64,000 nucleotides of DNA, from positions 768,001 to 832,000 of the forward strand of contig OY970172.1 in assembly GCA_963707655.1 (NCBI GenBank), given 5' to 3'. A model generated the notes under the pieces. That model saw only the letters and a list, made by a program, of their open reading frames with translations, did no database searches and had not been told where the DNA came from. This document shows, piece after piece, positions 1-10,472 of this stretch; the stretch's first letter is position 1; every line of letters begins with the position of its first letter. This stretch comes from an uncultured bacterium (lineage in GTDB: Bacteria > Babelota > Babeliae > Babelales > Vermiphilaceae). The position numbers and the translations under genes were made by a program.

Positions 1-1
1 G

Positions 2-472
2 CTTGTTACCCCCGCGTATCTCTTTGTCCCTTTTGGCTGTTTGATTTCTCTTAATTATTATTCGCCATGGCTCTTGTTTTTACTCTTCACCTTTGTTGCG
101 CTGTTTGACACTGCTGCCTATGTGGCAGGAAAAATTGCCGGCAGACATAAAATCGCTCCGCGCATCAGCCCGGGAAAAACGTGGGAAGGTTTTTGTGGCG
201 GCTTTTTGGCACTCCTGTTCGCCATGCTTTTATTGAGTCATAAAGAAAATAATACGTTTATTGCTTCTTTTATGCTGGCTCTTATTATTGCGTGCCTGGC
301 GCTGATGGGTGATTTGGCAGAATCATGGCTCAAAAGAAGGGCGAACATCAAAGATTCCGGCTCATTATTACCCGGCCACGGTGGCCTGCTTGACAGAATT
401 GACGGATTGCTGCCGGTAAGTATTTTCTTTTATATTGTAAAAAGCTCTATGCTCACGCTATTCGGCCAATAG
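2..472 (+). CDS. cdsA: phosphatidate cytidylyltransferase (5' truncated by window)
   Basis: Motifs DTAAY, SPGKTWEG, GDLAESWLKR..IKDSG.LLPGHGGLLDRIDG; frame is open to the window edge. Confidence 0.95.
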   Translation, partial: LVTPAYLFVPFGCLISLNYYSPWLLFLLFTFVALFDTAAYVAGKIAGRHKIAPRISPGKTWEGFCGGFLALLFAMLLLSHKENNTFIASFMLALIIACLALMGDLAESWLKRRANIKDSGSLLPGHGGLLDRIDGLLPVSIFFYIVKSSMLTLFGQ

Positions 473-555
473 ATAGGGATTGATACTATCTTTTCTGCAA
501 CGCATTTCAGTATACTTTAATTATAGAGTCAGTATTGAAGTGACGAAGAAAGAGG

Positions 556-1350
556 ATGGCAAGCATGAAAGCAGTTTATATCTTCATTATCAGCATTTCT
601 TTCACACTCAATGCAATGGACTCTTCCAGTAGTGACAGCACCGAAGATATGAGCCATCCAACAATTGTACTTGACGTAGATCTTATTAGTGATGAAATGC
701 CAACAGAAGATACCTATTCCTCGGGTCTTTCCGGCGCGCGAAAGATGTGTCGAAGTTTTAGTCTGCCAATATTGACAAAACTGGGCTGGAAAAAGAAACA
801 AATAATAACCACGGGACAAGAATTGGCAAAAACAATACACGGCGCAACCAGCGTTACCAAGCAAACATTTGAAAATCTCGGGTTCGAGTTCAATGAGGAG
901 CAAATCAAGCTCCTGACCTCATTGGGTGTTAAACCCCGGCCAAAAGAAGAAGGAATACAACTTGCTCAAACCCTGCATAAAAAAGGGTTTTCTCTCATTC
1001 TTGCGACACATCACGATCTTCATCATTATCGAGAGTATATTAAGCATATGGAATCGGAGCACAAGATAGTAATTCCCGATATCTTTAAAGGAGCGGTGGT
1101 AATTAAGGGTCCTTATAAAAACGACTATGATACGAGCAATATCCCCTATTTTATTTCGCATAAAGCCCGTCCATCGGCAGAATATAGCAAGGGAATTCAT
1201 TATTTGAATAATAATGCACCCGCTATCTTGTTTGATACTGATAAAAGCGCGGCAGACAAGCATGATGAATCCAGCAACATTACTGCTCATCATGTATCAA
1301 CTGCTGCTCAGGTAGAAGAAATCTTGCGTATGCTAGGATATCTGCAATAA
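556..1350 (+). CDS. secreted protein, degenerate HAD-like fold
   Basis: Signal-peptide-like N-terminus; IVLDVD (motif I-like), LILAT (II), KARP (III) and ILFDTD (IV) in HAD order. Confidence 0.5.
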   Translation: MASMKAVYIFIISISFTLNAMDSSSSDSTEDMSHPTIVLDVDLISDEMPTEDTYSSGLSGARKMCRSFSLPILTKLGWKKKQIITTGQELAKTIHGATSVTKQTFENLGFEFNEEQIKLLTSLGVKPRPKEEGIQLAQTLHKKGFSLILATHHDLHHYREYIKHMESEHKIVIPDIFKGAVVIKGPYKNDYDTSNIPYFISHKARPSAEYSKGIHYLNNNAPAILFDTDKSAADKHDESSNITAHHVSTAAQVEEILRMLGYLQ

Positions 1351-1352
1351 CT

Positions 1353-2603
1353 CTATTTCTTCAAATAATCAACCAACGCGGCCTGCGCCACTGTTTCTTC
1401 CGTTCCGGTAACCATATTTTTTACCGTGATTATTTTGTTCTCTTGCTCCTGCGCACCAATAATTAATGCATGCGCCGCACCAAGCTTATTTGCCTTGCGC
1501 ATCATGCTTTTCATTGATCCTTCAAGCAAAACTTCTGCCCCAATATCATGCGCGCGCAACTCATCTGCAATTAAAAGCGCCAATGGTTGTTGCTCTTTTT
1601 CTACGGGAATTATTGCCTGTACCGCTTTTTGTTGCGGTAACTTGAGTGTATCTTTCATCTGCTCAAGCAGCAGCATTAATCGCTCAACCCCTATGGCCGC
1701 GCCAACAGCATGTTGATCAGTTTTGCCGCCCAGCATGGCAACCAAATGATCATAGCGACCACCAGCGCAAAAGGCATTTTGCGCTCCTAAATTGGCACTC
1801 ACAAATTCAAATACTGTTTTGCTGTAATAATCGAGACCACGCACCAGCGTTGGTTGATGCGCATACGAGATAGAGAGCAGATCTAGCTGCTCTTTTACTT
1901 GCTCCCATTCCAGTGAACAAGCGCTACACAAATGATCGGTAATTTTTGGTGCTTTGGTAAAGAGCAGTTGGCACTGTTGATTTTTGCAATCAAAAACACG
2001 CATTACATTTTTTTCAAGACGCTCTTTGCACTGAGGGCACAGCTCTTCAAAGTGATTATTTTTTAAGAAGTTGTATAAAAGGTCGCGATATGCTTTTCTA
2101 TCTTCTGCGCAGCCCAAAAAGTTTATAAGCAGCGCGTATGAAGTGATCGCCAATCGCTCATGAAACAGACGATCAAGCATAGCGATCAGCTCAACATCAT
2201 GCAAAATAGAAGGTGCACCAATAATTTCAAAGCTCATTTGATTAAATTGGCGATAACGCCCTTTTTGCGGACGCTCATAGCGAAACATGGGACCCCAGGT
2301 GAAGACGCGCCAGGGGAGTTGATCGATACCATTTTCAATAAAGGCGCGCGCAATGGGTGCGGTAGCCTCGGGGCGCAAACAGATGCTTTCTTCTTCATCA
2401 TGAGTTTTAATATAAAACATCTCTTTGTTTACCACATCGGTCTCAATGCCCAAAGAGCGTTTAAAGAGATCGGCCTGCTCGAGCAGCGGCAGCATGATTT
2501 CTTTGAATTGATAGAGTGCGGCCTGCTTTGAAGCATGGGTGATGATAAAATTGAATAAAGTAAGGTCTAAAAAATCTTGGGTGCCTTTAACACGGGTAAT
2601 CAT
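1353..2603 (-). CDS. hisS: histidine--tRNA ligase
   Basis: RVKGTQD, LRPEATA, MFRYERPQKGRYRQF, LVRGLDYY, GGRYD. Confidence 0.98.
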   Translation of the reverse strand: MITRVKGTQDFLDLTLFNFIITHASKQAALYQFKEIMLPLLEQADLFKRSLGIETDVVNKEMFYIKTHDEEESICLRPEATAPIARAFIENGIDQLPWRVFTWGPMFRYERPQKGRYRQFNQMSFEIIGAPSILHDVELIAMLDRLFHERLAITSYALLINFLGCAEDRKAYRDLLYNFLKNNHFEELCPQCKERLEKNVMRVFDCKNQQCQLLFTKAPKITDHLCSACSLEWEQVKEQLDLLSISYAHQPTLVRGLDYYSKTVFEFVSANLGAQNAFCAGGRYDHLVAMLGGKTDQHAVGAAIGVERLMLLLEQMKDTLKLPQQKAVQAIIPVEKEQQPLALLIADELRAHDIGAEVLLEGSMKSMMRKANKLGAAHALIIGAQEQENKIITVKNMVTGTEETVAQAALVDYLKK

Positions 2604-2762
2604 AGTAAAATTCCTATCGGAATCAAATCATGTTTTTATTATTTTTCATAGCTTATCATACTACAAATTTTTTTTGTTTAAAAAATTGATTTGTGCGAAA
2701 ACAAAATGGTATGTATGGAATTAGTGTTCCATTTTCATCTTATTTAATACGGGAGTTGTATA

Positions 2763-4328
2763 ATGAATAAACGCATTGCATTGATGCTGCTGGTAGCAGC
2801 CAGTTCTGCATCGCATAAAATGCTGGCGATGAGTCAGTGTTTTAACCCTGAAGGAAATCTTGAGGTAAAAGCCTTAAGCAAATCATTTTTCTCGGTGCGC
2901 CCTCCTTTTCAATTAAACTCTCCTGAATTTTTAGCAGGCTGGTGGTATGACCGCCTTGATGCAAAAGGCAAAGAATGCCGCAACGGCACGCTGCAGCTTG
3001 TTGGCCTTGGTGGAAAATCAACCGATGCCTACAACTTGGCTCGCTATTTTACCTTTAATAACAGTTCAGTGCTGCACATTGTGGAACAATCGGGCATCCC
3101 TGCCACTGATATTTTATCTGAACAAGTGGATATTTACAGCGTAGACGGCACTTTTGAAAGCTTTCTTGCTTTAAAGCCCCGCTATAGTTTTGGCGGATTG
3201 GGCATTTCTTACCGTCAAGAATTTGCGCAACGCAGTGATGGCCGCGCCTTCTGGTTCTTGGCATCCGCACCAATAATCAATATTAAAACCGGCATGCATT
3301 TAGAAGAAACCATTATTAATGATGGTGGCGGTGTAAATCCGGCGGTTCCCGGCGCCGTGCCAAATGCGGTAGAAGCGTTTTCACAAACAGCTTTTGATTT
3401 TGGCAAAATTTTGTGCGAAAACAAAACCAAAACCGGGTTGGGTGACCTTACCTTGCTCCTTGGTTACAAAACAATAGCTCATGAAGATTATAGCATGAAT
3501 GGCTACATTGGTATGATCGCGCCAACGGGCAGCCGTGTAAAATCAAAAGAGATGTTTGAAGCGGTAGTTGGTAACAATCACCACTTTGGCGCCTTGCTTG
3601 GCAGCTCTGCCAGTGTTTCTCTCTGGGAATGTGAAAATGGCTCCTGCCTTGATTTTGAATTTAGCGCTCACGGTCAATTTCTCTTTAAAAGACATGAAGT
3701 GCGTTCTTTTGATTTGAAAAACAAACCATGGAGCCGCTACATGCAAATGTACGCGAACGTAGCCGCTGCAGAAGCAGCTTTTGCTGCCGACGATCTTTAT
3801 TCAAATACAACACCGGGGATCAACATTCTAACCCAACCGGTACAAGTGTATCCCGGTTTTTCAAGCACCAGCAATACGGCAGTGGTCTTTACCTCATGCG
3901 ATGGCAACAAACAATTTGAATTGGGCTACAACTTTTACGCCCGCCAATCAGAGTATGTTGAGCTTGCCTGCCCGTGGCAAGTGGGTCCGGCGCTTAAATC
4001 ATTACTTGGTTTAGGTGGCGCAACCGACAGCGTGCAACAAATAGGCAATAACTATGGCGGCAACAACGTAGTTAATCCCGATGGTGCTCCTGCCGTGTTC
4101 TCAGTTGCTGACTATAACAGCACGCAAATACAGGTAACCGATCTTGATCTGCTTTCTGCTACCCATCCGGCAATCATCAGCAATACGGTGTATGCAAATG
4201 TAACCTACCGTTGCGATGCACATGAATATCCACGATTCATCGCCTTGGGTGGCTCTTATGAATTTGAAGAGGACAACACTACGTTGAACCGTTGGACCAT
4301 ATGGTTAAAAGGTGGCATTTCATTTTAA
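2763..4328 (+). CDS. putative outer-membrane beta-barrel protein, paralogue of 7605..9437
   Basis: Signal peptide, alternating hydrophobic strands, C-terminal WTIWLKGGISF beta-signal-like end. Confidence 0.6.
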   Translation: MNKRIALMLLVAASSASHKMLAMSQCFNPEGNLEVKALSKSFFSVRPPFQLNSPEFLAGWWYDRLDAKGKECRNGTLQLVGLGGKSTDAYNLARYFTFNNSSVLHIVEQSGIPATDILSEQVDIYSVDGTFESFLALKPRYSFGGLGISYRQEFAQRSDGRAFWFLASAPIINIKTGMHLEETIINDGGGVNPAVPGAVPNAVEAFSQTAFDFGKILCENKTKTGLGDLTLLLGYKTIAHEDYSMNGYIGMIAPTGSRVKSKEMFEAVVGNNHHFGALLGSSASVSLWECENGSCLDFEFSAHGQFLFKRHEVRSFDLKNKPWSRYMQMYANVAAAEAAFAADDLYSNTTPGINILTQPVQVYPGFSSTSNTAVVFTSCDGNKQFELGYNFYARQSEYVELACPWQVGPALKSLLGLGGATDSVQQIGNNYGGNNVVNPDGAPAVFSVADYNSTQIQVTDLDLLSATHPAIISNTVYANVTYRCDAHEYPRFIALGGSYEFEEDNTTLNRWTIWLKGGISF

Positions 4329-4354
4329 AATTTAATCAATAAAAAGGATATCTT

Positions 4355-6013
4355 ATGAATATCAAACAAAGCATACTACTCATCATGCTTTTTGCTGTCG
4401 CCGGCACTATGGCAATGGCCGCCAAGTACCCAAACACGAGTGTTGGCACGAACAAAGCTAATGCCGATGCAATGGCACTCTTAAAACAAGACATTTTTGG
4501 CGATACAGAGCTTACGGGTGTGACAAACATTATCAATCTCTTAAAAAGCAGAAAACAAAATTTAATTGCTGCCAATCTAGAAAAAGCGCTTTATCGGAAA
4601 ATTGCCGCTGGCAAGGAGCGTGATATCGAGACCTTGAAAGAAGGGATTAGAGCTAGAGCAGGACAATTGGCCGGTCGAGAAGAAGAATACGCAGAGTTGG
4701 AAAACAAATATCGCGAAAAATTAGCACAAGCAGAAGAGTCTGCAGCAAGAGCTAATGATCTTATGCAAGAGCGTGATAGCCTGCAACGTGAACTCGCAGA
4801 CGCAACGAGCAAAGGGGACACAGCTGCAATCGACAAGCTCAAACAGGACAATCTTGATCTTCAGGTCCAAATAACAAGGGCCGCAACAGAGCAAGCTCAG
4901 GCTAAGCAAGCATTAGAGCTGGCTAAAGCAACAGCCGCAGAGGTAGAGCGAAAATTTAACGAAGAAAGACAAAGAGCTCTTGATGCCTTCACGGAACAGA
5001 TTAATGATATTGTGAATCATTCAAAGCAATTGGCATCGGATATTGGAAAATTATTAGGTGATGATGCAACACGCGCTGCAACACTGCCTATTTTATTATC
5101 TTCAACTAAAGAATCGCTTGACGTAGTTGCCCTTCGTGCTCAAGATGACAAGAAACTGCAAACAGCTTTACTCAACGAAGCCAACAACCACCAAAGTAGT
5201 GTTAAAGATTATGCTCGTTGGATAATTATTAATGCGGCTCAAGGTGGGCATAAGTGGGCAGAAGACGCGTTAGTTAAGAATACGCACCTGGTAAAAAATG
5301 GTACAATTGAAGTACCAGCGCTCCATGAGTGGAGCCGTGATGCAATTGTACTTATGTCACCACAGTATGATTGGGCATTTAAAAAAGTAGTCGCATTGCT
5401 CGATCATAACGACAATGAACCTGCGCTACAAACGTTTGCCAAAGTGCAAGCTGACAAAGGCAATGCGAACTTTGCAAAATATTTAGTGGAAAAAGCTGTT
5501 TATGCCGCATGGAACTATGATTCTAAGCTCGGCACAGACTACGGCACATGGGTTCTGTGTATTCTCAAGAATAGCTCAGCAGCAGGGAGAGCTTGGGCTA
5601 GAGACGCAATTAAGGCAATGGCCAGCGAGCAATTAGAAATGTTTAATGACCTTCATTACAAATTTACCAGTGAGAAGATAAGAGGAGCGATACGCAACAA
5701 AAACAGCGAAAAAACTTACATAGATCAAGCACGCGCATGGGCTGTCAACCCAAACTACAAATGCTCATACACGCCGAATAATGCTTACGCAGGAAAAAAA
5801 CTTCCTGCGCAACCAAAAACGGGACGTTACAAAGTGCCTAAGCGGCCTGACTATATCCCTGAAGATACTTCTAAGCCTGTCGCGTCGCCTAGCGAGCCTG
5901 CTGAAGAGTCTGAAATGCCAGAGCCAGTAGCAGAGCCTGTTGCATCGCCTAGCGAGCCTGCTGAAGAGTCTGAAACGCCAGAGCCAATTGGAGGAAATCC
6001 TTTTTCTGATTAG
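4355..6013 (+). CDS. secreted coiled-coil/helical hypothetical protein with acidic Pro-rich repeat tail
   Basis: Signal peptide, long E/K/A/Q heptad region, duplicated PVASPSEPAEESE tail, AAGGA RBS. Confidence 0.8.
   Translation: MNIKQSILLIMLFAVAGTMAMAAKYPNTSVGTNKANADAMALLKQDIFGDTELTGVTNIINLLKSRKQNLIAANLEKALYRKIAAGKERDIETLKEGIRARAGQLAGREEEYAELENKYREKLAQAEESAARANDLMQERDSLQRELADATSKGDTAAIDKLKQDNLDLQVQITRAATEQAQAKQALELAKATAAEVERKFNEERQRALDAFTEQINDIVNHSKQLASDIGKLLGDDATRAATLPILLSSTKESLDVVALRAQDDKKLQTALLNEANNHQSSVKDYARWIIINAAQGGHKWAEDALVKNTHLVKNGTIEVPALHEWSRDAIVLMSPQYDWAFKKVVALLDHNDNEPALQTFAKVQADKGNANFAKYLVEKAVYAAWNYDSKLGTDYGTWVLCILKNSSAAGRAWARDAIKAMASEQLEMFNDLHYKFTSEKIRGAIRNKNSEKTYIDQARAWAVNPNYKCSYTPNNAYAGKKLPAQPKTGRYKVPKRPDYIPEDTSKPVASPSEPAEESEMPEPVAEPVASPSEPAEESETPEPIGGNPFSD
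5874..5986 (+). repeat. 60-bp in-frame tandem duplication
   Basis: agcctgt..gcctagcgagcctgctgaagagtctgaaa.gccagagcca at 5874 and 5934. Confidence 0.9.
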
Positions 6014-6042
6014 CATCATCTAGACTTATTTGCAAAATAATG

Positions 6043-6082
6043 ATTCCCTCTTTGTGTTACGCACAGAGAGGGAATTTCTTTT
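6043..6082 (+). terminator. intrinsic terminator
   Basis: attccctctttgtg/cacagagagggaat stem followed by a T-rich run. Confidence 0.7.
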
Positions 6083-6095
6083 AGGGGCTTCATCA

Positions 6096-6818
6096 ATGAT
6101 ATACCATGAACCGAGAATAAAAATTTATTTTGGCGAAAAGGAAGATCAGCTGTATCAAGATGAATATCGTAAACTTACAGATACTCATCAATTGCTTGAG
6201 CATGCTTCTTTCGCTCGCCTCAAGCCGCTTATGGGATTAGAAAATCTTATCTTTTTGCGTCAGACTCACTCCATCCATGGCCTTACAGTAGGCAACAATG
6301 CAAAATCATTTTCCTCTTTTTTGCATGAAGGTGATTTTTTAATCACACAAGAGCGCGGCATAGGCATAGGAGTTATGACTGCCGATTGCGCACCGCTGTT
6401 GCTCTATGATATGAAAAACCATGCTATTGGCGCGGTTCATGCGGGCTGGCGGGGAACGGTAAATCAGATTCTTGCTCACGCACTGCAGGCTATGCACACG
6501 GCGTTTAAAACCGATCCTGAGCATCTGCGCGTGTATTGTGGACCAATGGCACGCTCATGTTGTTATGAAGTTACTCCCGATTTTTTATCTCATCTGCACC
6601 ATTTTTCTTTTGCAGATCAGCTCATACAAAAGCGTGGCGAAAAACTTTTTTTCGATTCTCTTTTGTGCAACCGCCTGCAGTTGCAAGCTTTGGGCGTTGC
6701 GTCTGAAAATATTAGCCTGCGCTACGCACACTGCACGATTGAAAATGATTCTTTCTTTTCTCATCGTCGCTCTCCTGCCGACTCAGGCAGACAAATGAGC
6801 GTCATTGCATTGCAATGA
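6096..6818 (+). CDS. pgeF: PgeF/YfiH family purine nucleoside phosphorylase
   Basis: QTHS, GDFLIT, TADCAPLL, VHAGWRG, CCYEV, FFSHRR, GRQ; ATG at 6096 follows AGGGG. Confidence 0.92.
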   Translation: MIYHEPRIKIYFGEKEDQLYQDEYRKLTDTHQLLEHASFARLKPLMGLENLIFLRQTHSIHGLTVGNNAKSFSSFLHEGDFLITQERGIGIGVMTADCAPLLLYDMKNHAIGAVHAGWRGTVNQILAHALQAMHTAFKTDPEHLRVYCGPMARSCCYEVTPDFLSHLHHFSFADQLIQKRGEKLFFDSLLCNRLQLQALGVASENISLRYAHCTIENDSFFSHRRSPADSGRQMSVIALQ

Positions 6819-6829
6819 ATCAAGATTAC

Positions 6830-7504
6830 TCAGGTGTTGAGCAGTTCATTTTTTATAAAAAGAGCATTGCCAAAAAACCATGATGGTTGATCAGTAAAGT
6901 CTTGAGCGACCAATGCAAAACCTTGTGATTCGATCCACGTTTTCAGTTCATGGTACAGGGGTTGCTCTTTATACGCATGAATAAAATGCACTTCGGTATA
7001 AATTGCCTTTACTGTTTTTAAAATATGTTGAGCCCCCTGCAGTATAGCCAATTCATGCCCCTGCGCATCGAGCCAGAGAAAATCAACGGCAGAAACAGTA
7101 TAGCGTTTTGCCCAGTCATCAAGAGTCGTGGTGGGCACTGTGATAGTTGTTGGATACACCGCATCTGAATGCAGCAATCTTTCATGCGGTTCATGCAGTG
7201 AGCCGGCCTGGAACGGTTTATCTGGCCGTGAGGGCTTTTGAGAGACATGAAAAAGTGCCATGCCGGTTTTGTTGCTCAACCCCATGTTATAACGATGAAT
7301 ATGCGGATACGATGCAGTGTTTTGCTCGAGAAGCGCAAAAATTTCTGGCACCGGTTCAAAGGCATGTATGGTAGCATTTGGCCAAAAAGCAGCCAATTTT
7401 TTTGTATCTGAACCATTGAATGTGCCGGCTTCTACAATGCATGGCGACGACGGCAAATATGGTTTTAACAGAGGAAAAAGTTCATGTTTTTTAATCAGAG
7501 TCAT
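6830..7504 (-). CDS. FkbM family SAM-dependent methyltransferase
   Basis: VEAGTFNG, HAFEP, TTLDDW, DFLWLDAQGHEL.ILQG. Confidence 0.9.
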   Translation of the reverse strand: MTLIKKHELFPLLKPYLPSSPCIVEAGTFNGSDTKKLAAFWPNATIHAFEPVPEIFALLEQNTASYPHIHRYNMGLSNKTGMALFHVSQKPSRPDKPFQAGSLHEPHERLLHSDAVYPTTITVPTTTLDDWAKRYTVSAVDFLWLDAQGHELAILQGAQHILKTVKAIYTEVHFIHAYKEQPLYHELKTWIESQGFALVAQDFTDQPSWFFGNALFIKNELLNT

Positions 7505-7604
7505 GGCTATATTTTTTTACGCGGTAGTTGTCATCCGTTGAGCGCGGATGTATTATCTAAAAATCAGTCTTGATGATAGTATAGCAAAAAAAGGAATAAT
7601 GGTG

Positions 7605-9437
7605 ATGCGCATTTTTCGTGATATTATTTTTTTCATATTTTTTCTGCATTCTTTTGCTTATGCGGAGCAAAACTCAACTCCTTTCTTTAATGCCCGATCT
7701 CAAAATGAAGATTCTACTCGCTGGCTGGTTGGTTGGACCCATCAAGTTAACCGTCCATGCGCACAACAAAAATATTACACGCTTGCCATAACGCCAGCTT
7801 ATAGCCAAACCTTTAAGTCTCTTGATTTGGCCCAATCTCTTTTTGGCAGTGACTTGATTGAGCCAGGTTTTGATACCCCATATATTACCATTTCCGGCAG
7901 CGCGGTTAATGGCCGATACGCGGTAAATCAATGGCTGGCCGATTATTTTGGCCTACCGCCCGATTTTCAAAGTAATGTATTTTTTAAGCCGAGTATAAAA
8001 AACTCTATGCTCGATTTTAATCTGTATGTCGGCTTTTCTGACTGGGCAGAGGGTGCGTATATTAATATTTTTGGTCCCTTGGTGTATACACGCTGGGATC
8101 TGGGCATGTCTGAAATAATAATTAGTCCCGGCAGCCTCGGTTATGCACCCGGATATTTTAATGAAACGGGCGTGCCACGCGCAAACCTGCTTAATAGTTT
8201 TACACAGTTCATTGCTGAAGAAAAAGCACCGGTTATAGATGATGTCACCACCTTTATGCCATTGCGCTCTTCTAAAATGGCCAATCGCGCACTTCACAAA
8301 ATAGGATTTGCTGATTTACAAGTAGTTGCCGGCTACAACTTTATTCAAGATGAAGATTATCATATCGGCGGCAATCTGCGCCTGGTAATTCCGACCGGTA
8401 CGCGCCCTAAAGGTAAATTTTTATTTGAACCGATCGTTGGCAATGGTCATTTTTTTGAAGCGGGACTTGGTTTTTCTACTCATGGTATTATTTGGGCCGA
8501 TGTTGATCGCACACAAGAAATTGCCTTTTATCTTGAGGTATGGGTGACTCATCTTTTTTCCACGCTGCAACGGCGGGCATTTGATCTCAAGCTTGGGGAT
8601 AACAGCCGCTACATGCTCGCGCTTGGTATGACCGATCTTATCAGTGGTGGATTGTCAGACGAATCGGGGAAAGCTCCAAACTTTCAATATGATGAAGCGT
8701 TTAATCCCGTTGCCAATTTAACTACTATGCCCGCATGGGTCTCTGTTCCGTGGCAAGCGGATATTACGCTGCTTTTTAATTTTACTCATCACAATCTTGA
8801 AGCTGATTGTGGTTTTAACTACTGGGTGCGTCAACCGGAACAGATAAAAACAATTAAATATGGCTGTGCCAATCCGGTTACCGTGCAATCATGGGCGTTA
8901 AAAGGAGATGCACAAATGTTTGGCTTTACTACCGGCACTCATGACCCCGTTGCGCTTTCTGCCACTGAAAGCAATGCGACCATTCACGAAGGAGGAAATG
9001 TACTTATGAGCAATAGCAGCACCGCGGGCCAGGTTAATAATAATCTTGGCATCGATAATCCTGTGCCCGCTTATGCAGCCGGCATTGAATTATTAAATAG
9101 TAACTTTGATGCACCAATTAATACTTCTTTCCAGCCGGTATTGCTTGCCAACAAAAGCATTGCCCATTGCCGCTCAAGCACACAGGGGCTTTCGTATGCG
9201 GCCTTTATAAATCTTAACTATGTTTGGAACAATGAAAGCTGTTGGTACACCCCATATTTGGGTGGCGGTTGCAAAATTGAAATAGCTCCTGATGGGCCAA
9301 ATAACACATGCCCAAGCGTCTGCACGGCAAATTCCATACCAAATTCTCTATGCGGTTTTTGTGATGAAGACATTCGCCTTCAAGTGAATGCCTCGCAATG
9401 GACAGTGTGGCTTAAAGGTGGCGTTCGCTTTAATTAA
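7605..9437 (+). CDS. putative outer-membrane beta-barrel protein, paralogue of 2763..4328
   Basis: Shared motifs (PTG.R.K...FE..VGN.H.F, R.FDLK..SRY) and C-terminal WTVWLKGGVRFN; start at 7599 or 7605 after AAGGA. Confidence 0.6.
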   Translation: MRIFRDIIFFIFFLHSFAYAEQNSTPFFNARSQNEDSTRWLVGWTHQVNRPCAQQKYYTLAITPAYSQTFKSLDLAQSLFGSDLIEPGFDTPYITISGSAVNGRYAVNQWLADYFGLPPDFQSNVFFKPSIKNSMLDFNLYVGFSDWAEGAYINIFGPLVYTRWDLGMSEIIISPGSLGYAPGYFNETGVPRANLLNSFTQFIAEEKAPVIDDVTTFMPLRSSKMANRALHKIGFADLQVVAGYNFIQDEDYHIGGNLRLVIPTGTRPKGKFLFEPIVGNGHFFEAGLGFSTHGIIWADVDRTQEIAFYLEVWVTHLFSTLQRRAFDLKLGDNSRYMLALGMTDLISGGLSDESGKAPNFQYDEAFNPVANLTTMPAWVSVPWQADITLLFNFTHHNLEADCGFNYWVRQPEQIKTIKYGCANPVTVQSWALKGDAQMFGFTTGTHDPVALSATESNATIHEGGNVLMSNSSTAGQVNNNLGIDNPVPAYAAGIELLNSNFDAPINTSFQPVLLANKSIAHCRSSTQGLSYAAFINLNYVWNNESCWYTPYLGGGCKIEIAPDGPNNTCPSVCTANSIPNSLCGFCDEDIRLQVNASQWTVWLKGGVRFN

Positions 9438-9467
9438 ATTTTTTTAAAAAAAGGTAGGGGTAGTACT

Positions 9468-10472
9468 ATGTGTACCGGTATTCGTTTAAAAGCGGAAAAT
9501 AAATCAATCATCTATGCACGCACCTTGGAGTTTGGCCAGGAGACCGCATCAAACATTATTATGATTCCCCGTGAATATGAATTAAAAAGTGAAGCATCGC
9601 AAGGATTGTCTTGGCGCTCGCGCTACGCAGTTGTCGGTGCAAACATGCTCAATATCACCGGTGTTGTTGACGGCGTGAACGAAAAAGGGCTCGCCGGGGG
9701 TCTCTTTTATTTTCCTGGATATGCAGCGTATCAGAAAATTTCTGCCGATGAAATGGCACAATCGATTGCTCCTTGGGAGTTGTTGACCTGGATCCTTACG
9801 ACTTGTGAAACTGTTGATCAGGTGCGCACCGCATTACCAAAAATAAAAGTAGCAGAAATTGTTTTTAAAGAATGGAGCATAGTGCCACCCATTCATGCCA
9901 TCGTACATGAAGCGCAGGGTAAAAGTCTGATGATAGAATATATTGCAGGTGAATTGGTAATGCGTGATAACCCATTGGGTGTTATTACTAATTCTCCTTC
10001 TTTTGATTGGCACATGATTAACATGAGCAACTATATTAATCTGAGTGCAACTAATGCAGCGGCGCTCAAATCTAATGGATTATCATTTGCGCCACTGGGC
10101 CAAGGCTCAGGCATGCTTGGGTTACCCGGTGATTTTACGCCACCGTCACGCTTTATTCGCGCTGCATTTTTTAGTCAGTCTGCACAAGATATAAAAACAG
10201 AACATGAAGCATGCAAGACAGCATTTCGCCTTCTTGATCTTTTTAATATTAGCGTTGGCCTGGTGCGTGAAACGCAAGAAGGCAAAAATTATTACGATTA
10301 CACGCAATGGACAAGTGCAGCTGATCTAAGCAATAAACGTTATTATTGGCACACGTATGATAATCGCCAAGTACAAATGGTTGATCTTATGCAGATGAAT
10401 ATTACCGGCAAAGAAACAACCATTATCAAAATGCATTATGATGAAATAAAATATGATCACTCAAAAGAATAG
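9468..10472 (+). CDS. choloylglycine hydrolase / penicillin V acylase family Ntn hydrolase
   Basis: N-terminal MCTG nucleophile Cys, RTLEF, DGVNEKGL, TNSP.F.WH, LPGDFTPPSRFIRA. Confidence 0.93.
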   Translation: MCTGIRLKAENKSIIYARTLEFGQETASNIIMIPREYELKSEASQGLSWRSRYAVVGANMLNITGVVDGVNEKGLAGGLFYFPGYAAYQKISADEMAQSIAPWELLTWILTTCETVDQVRTALPKIKVAEIVFKEWSIVPPIHAIVHEAQGKSLMIEYIAGELVMRDNPLGVITNSPSFDWHMINMSNYINLSATNAAALKSNGLSFAPLGQGSGMLGLPGDFTPPSRFIRAAFFSQSAQDIKTEHEACKTAFRLLDLFNISVGLVRETQEGKNYYDYTQWTSAADLSNKRYYWHTYDNRQVQMVDLMQMNITGKETTIIKMHYDEIKYDHSKE

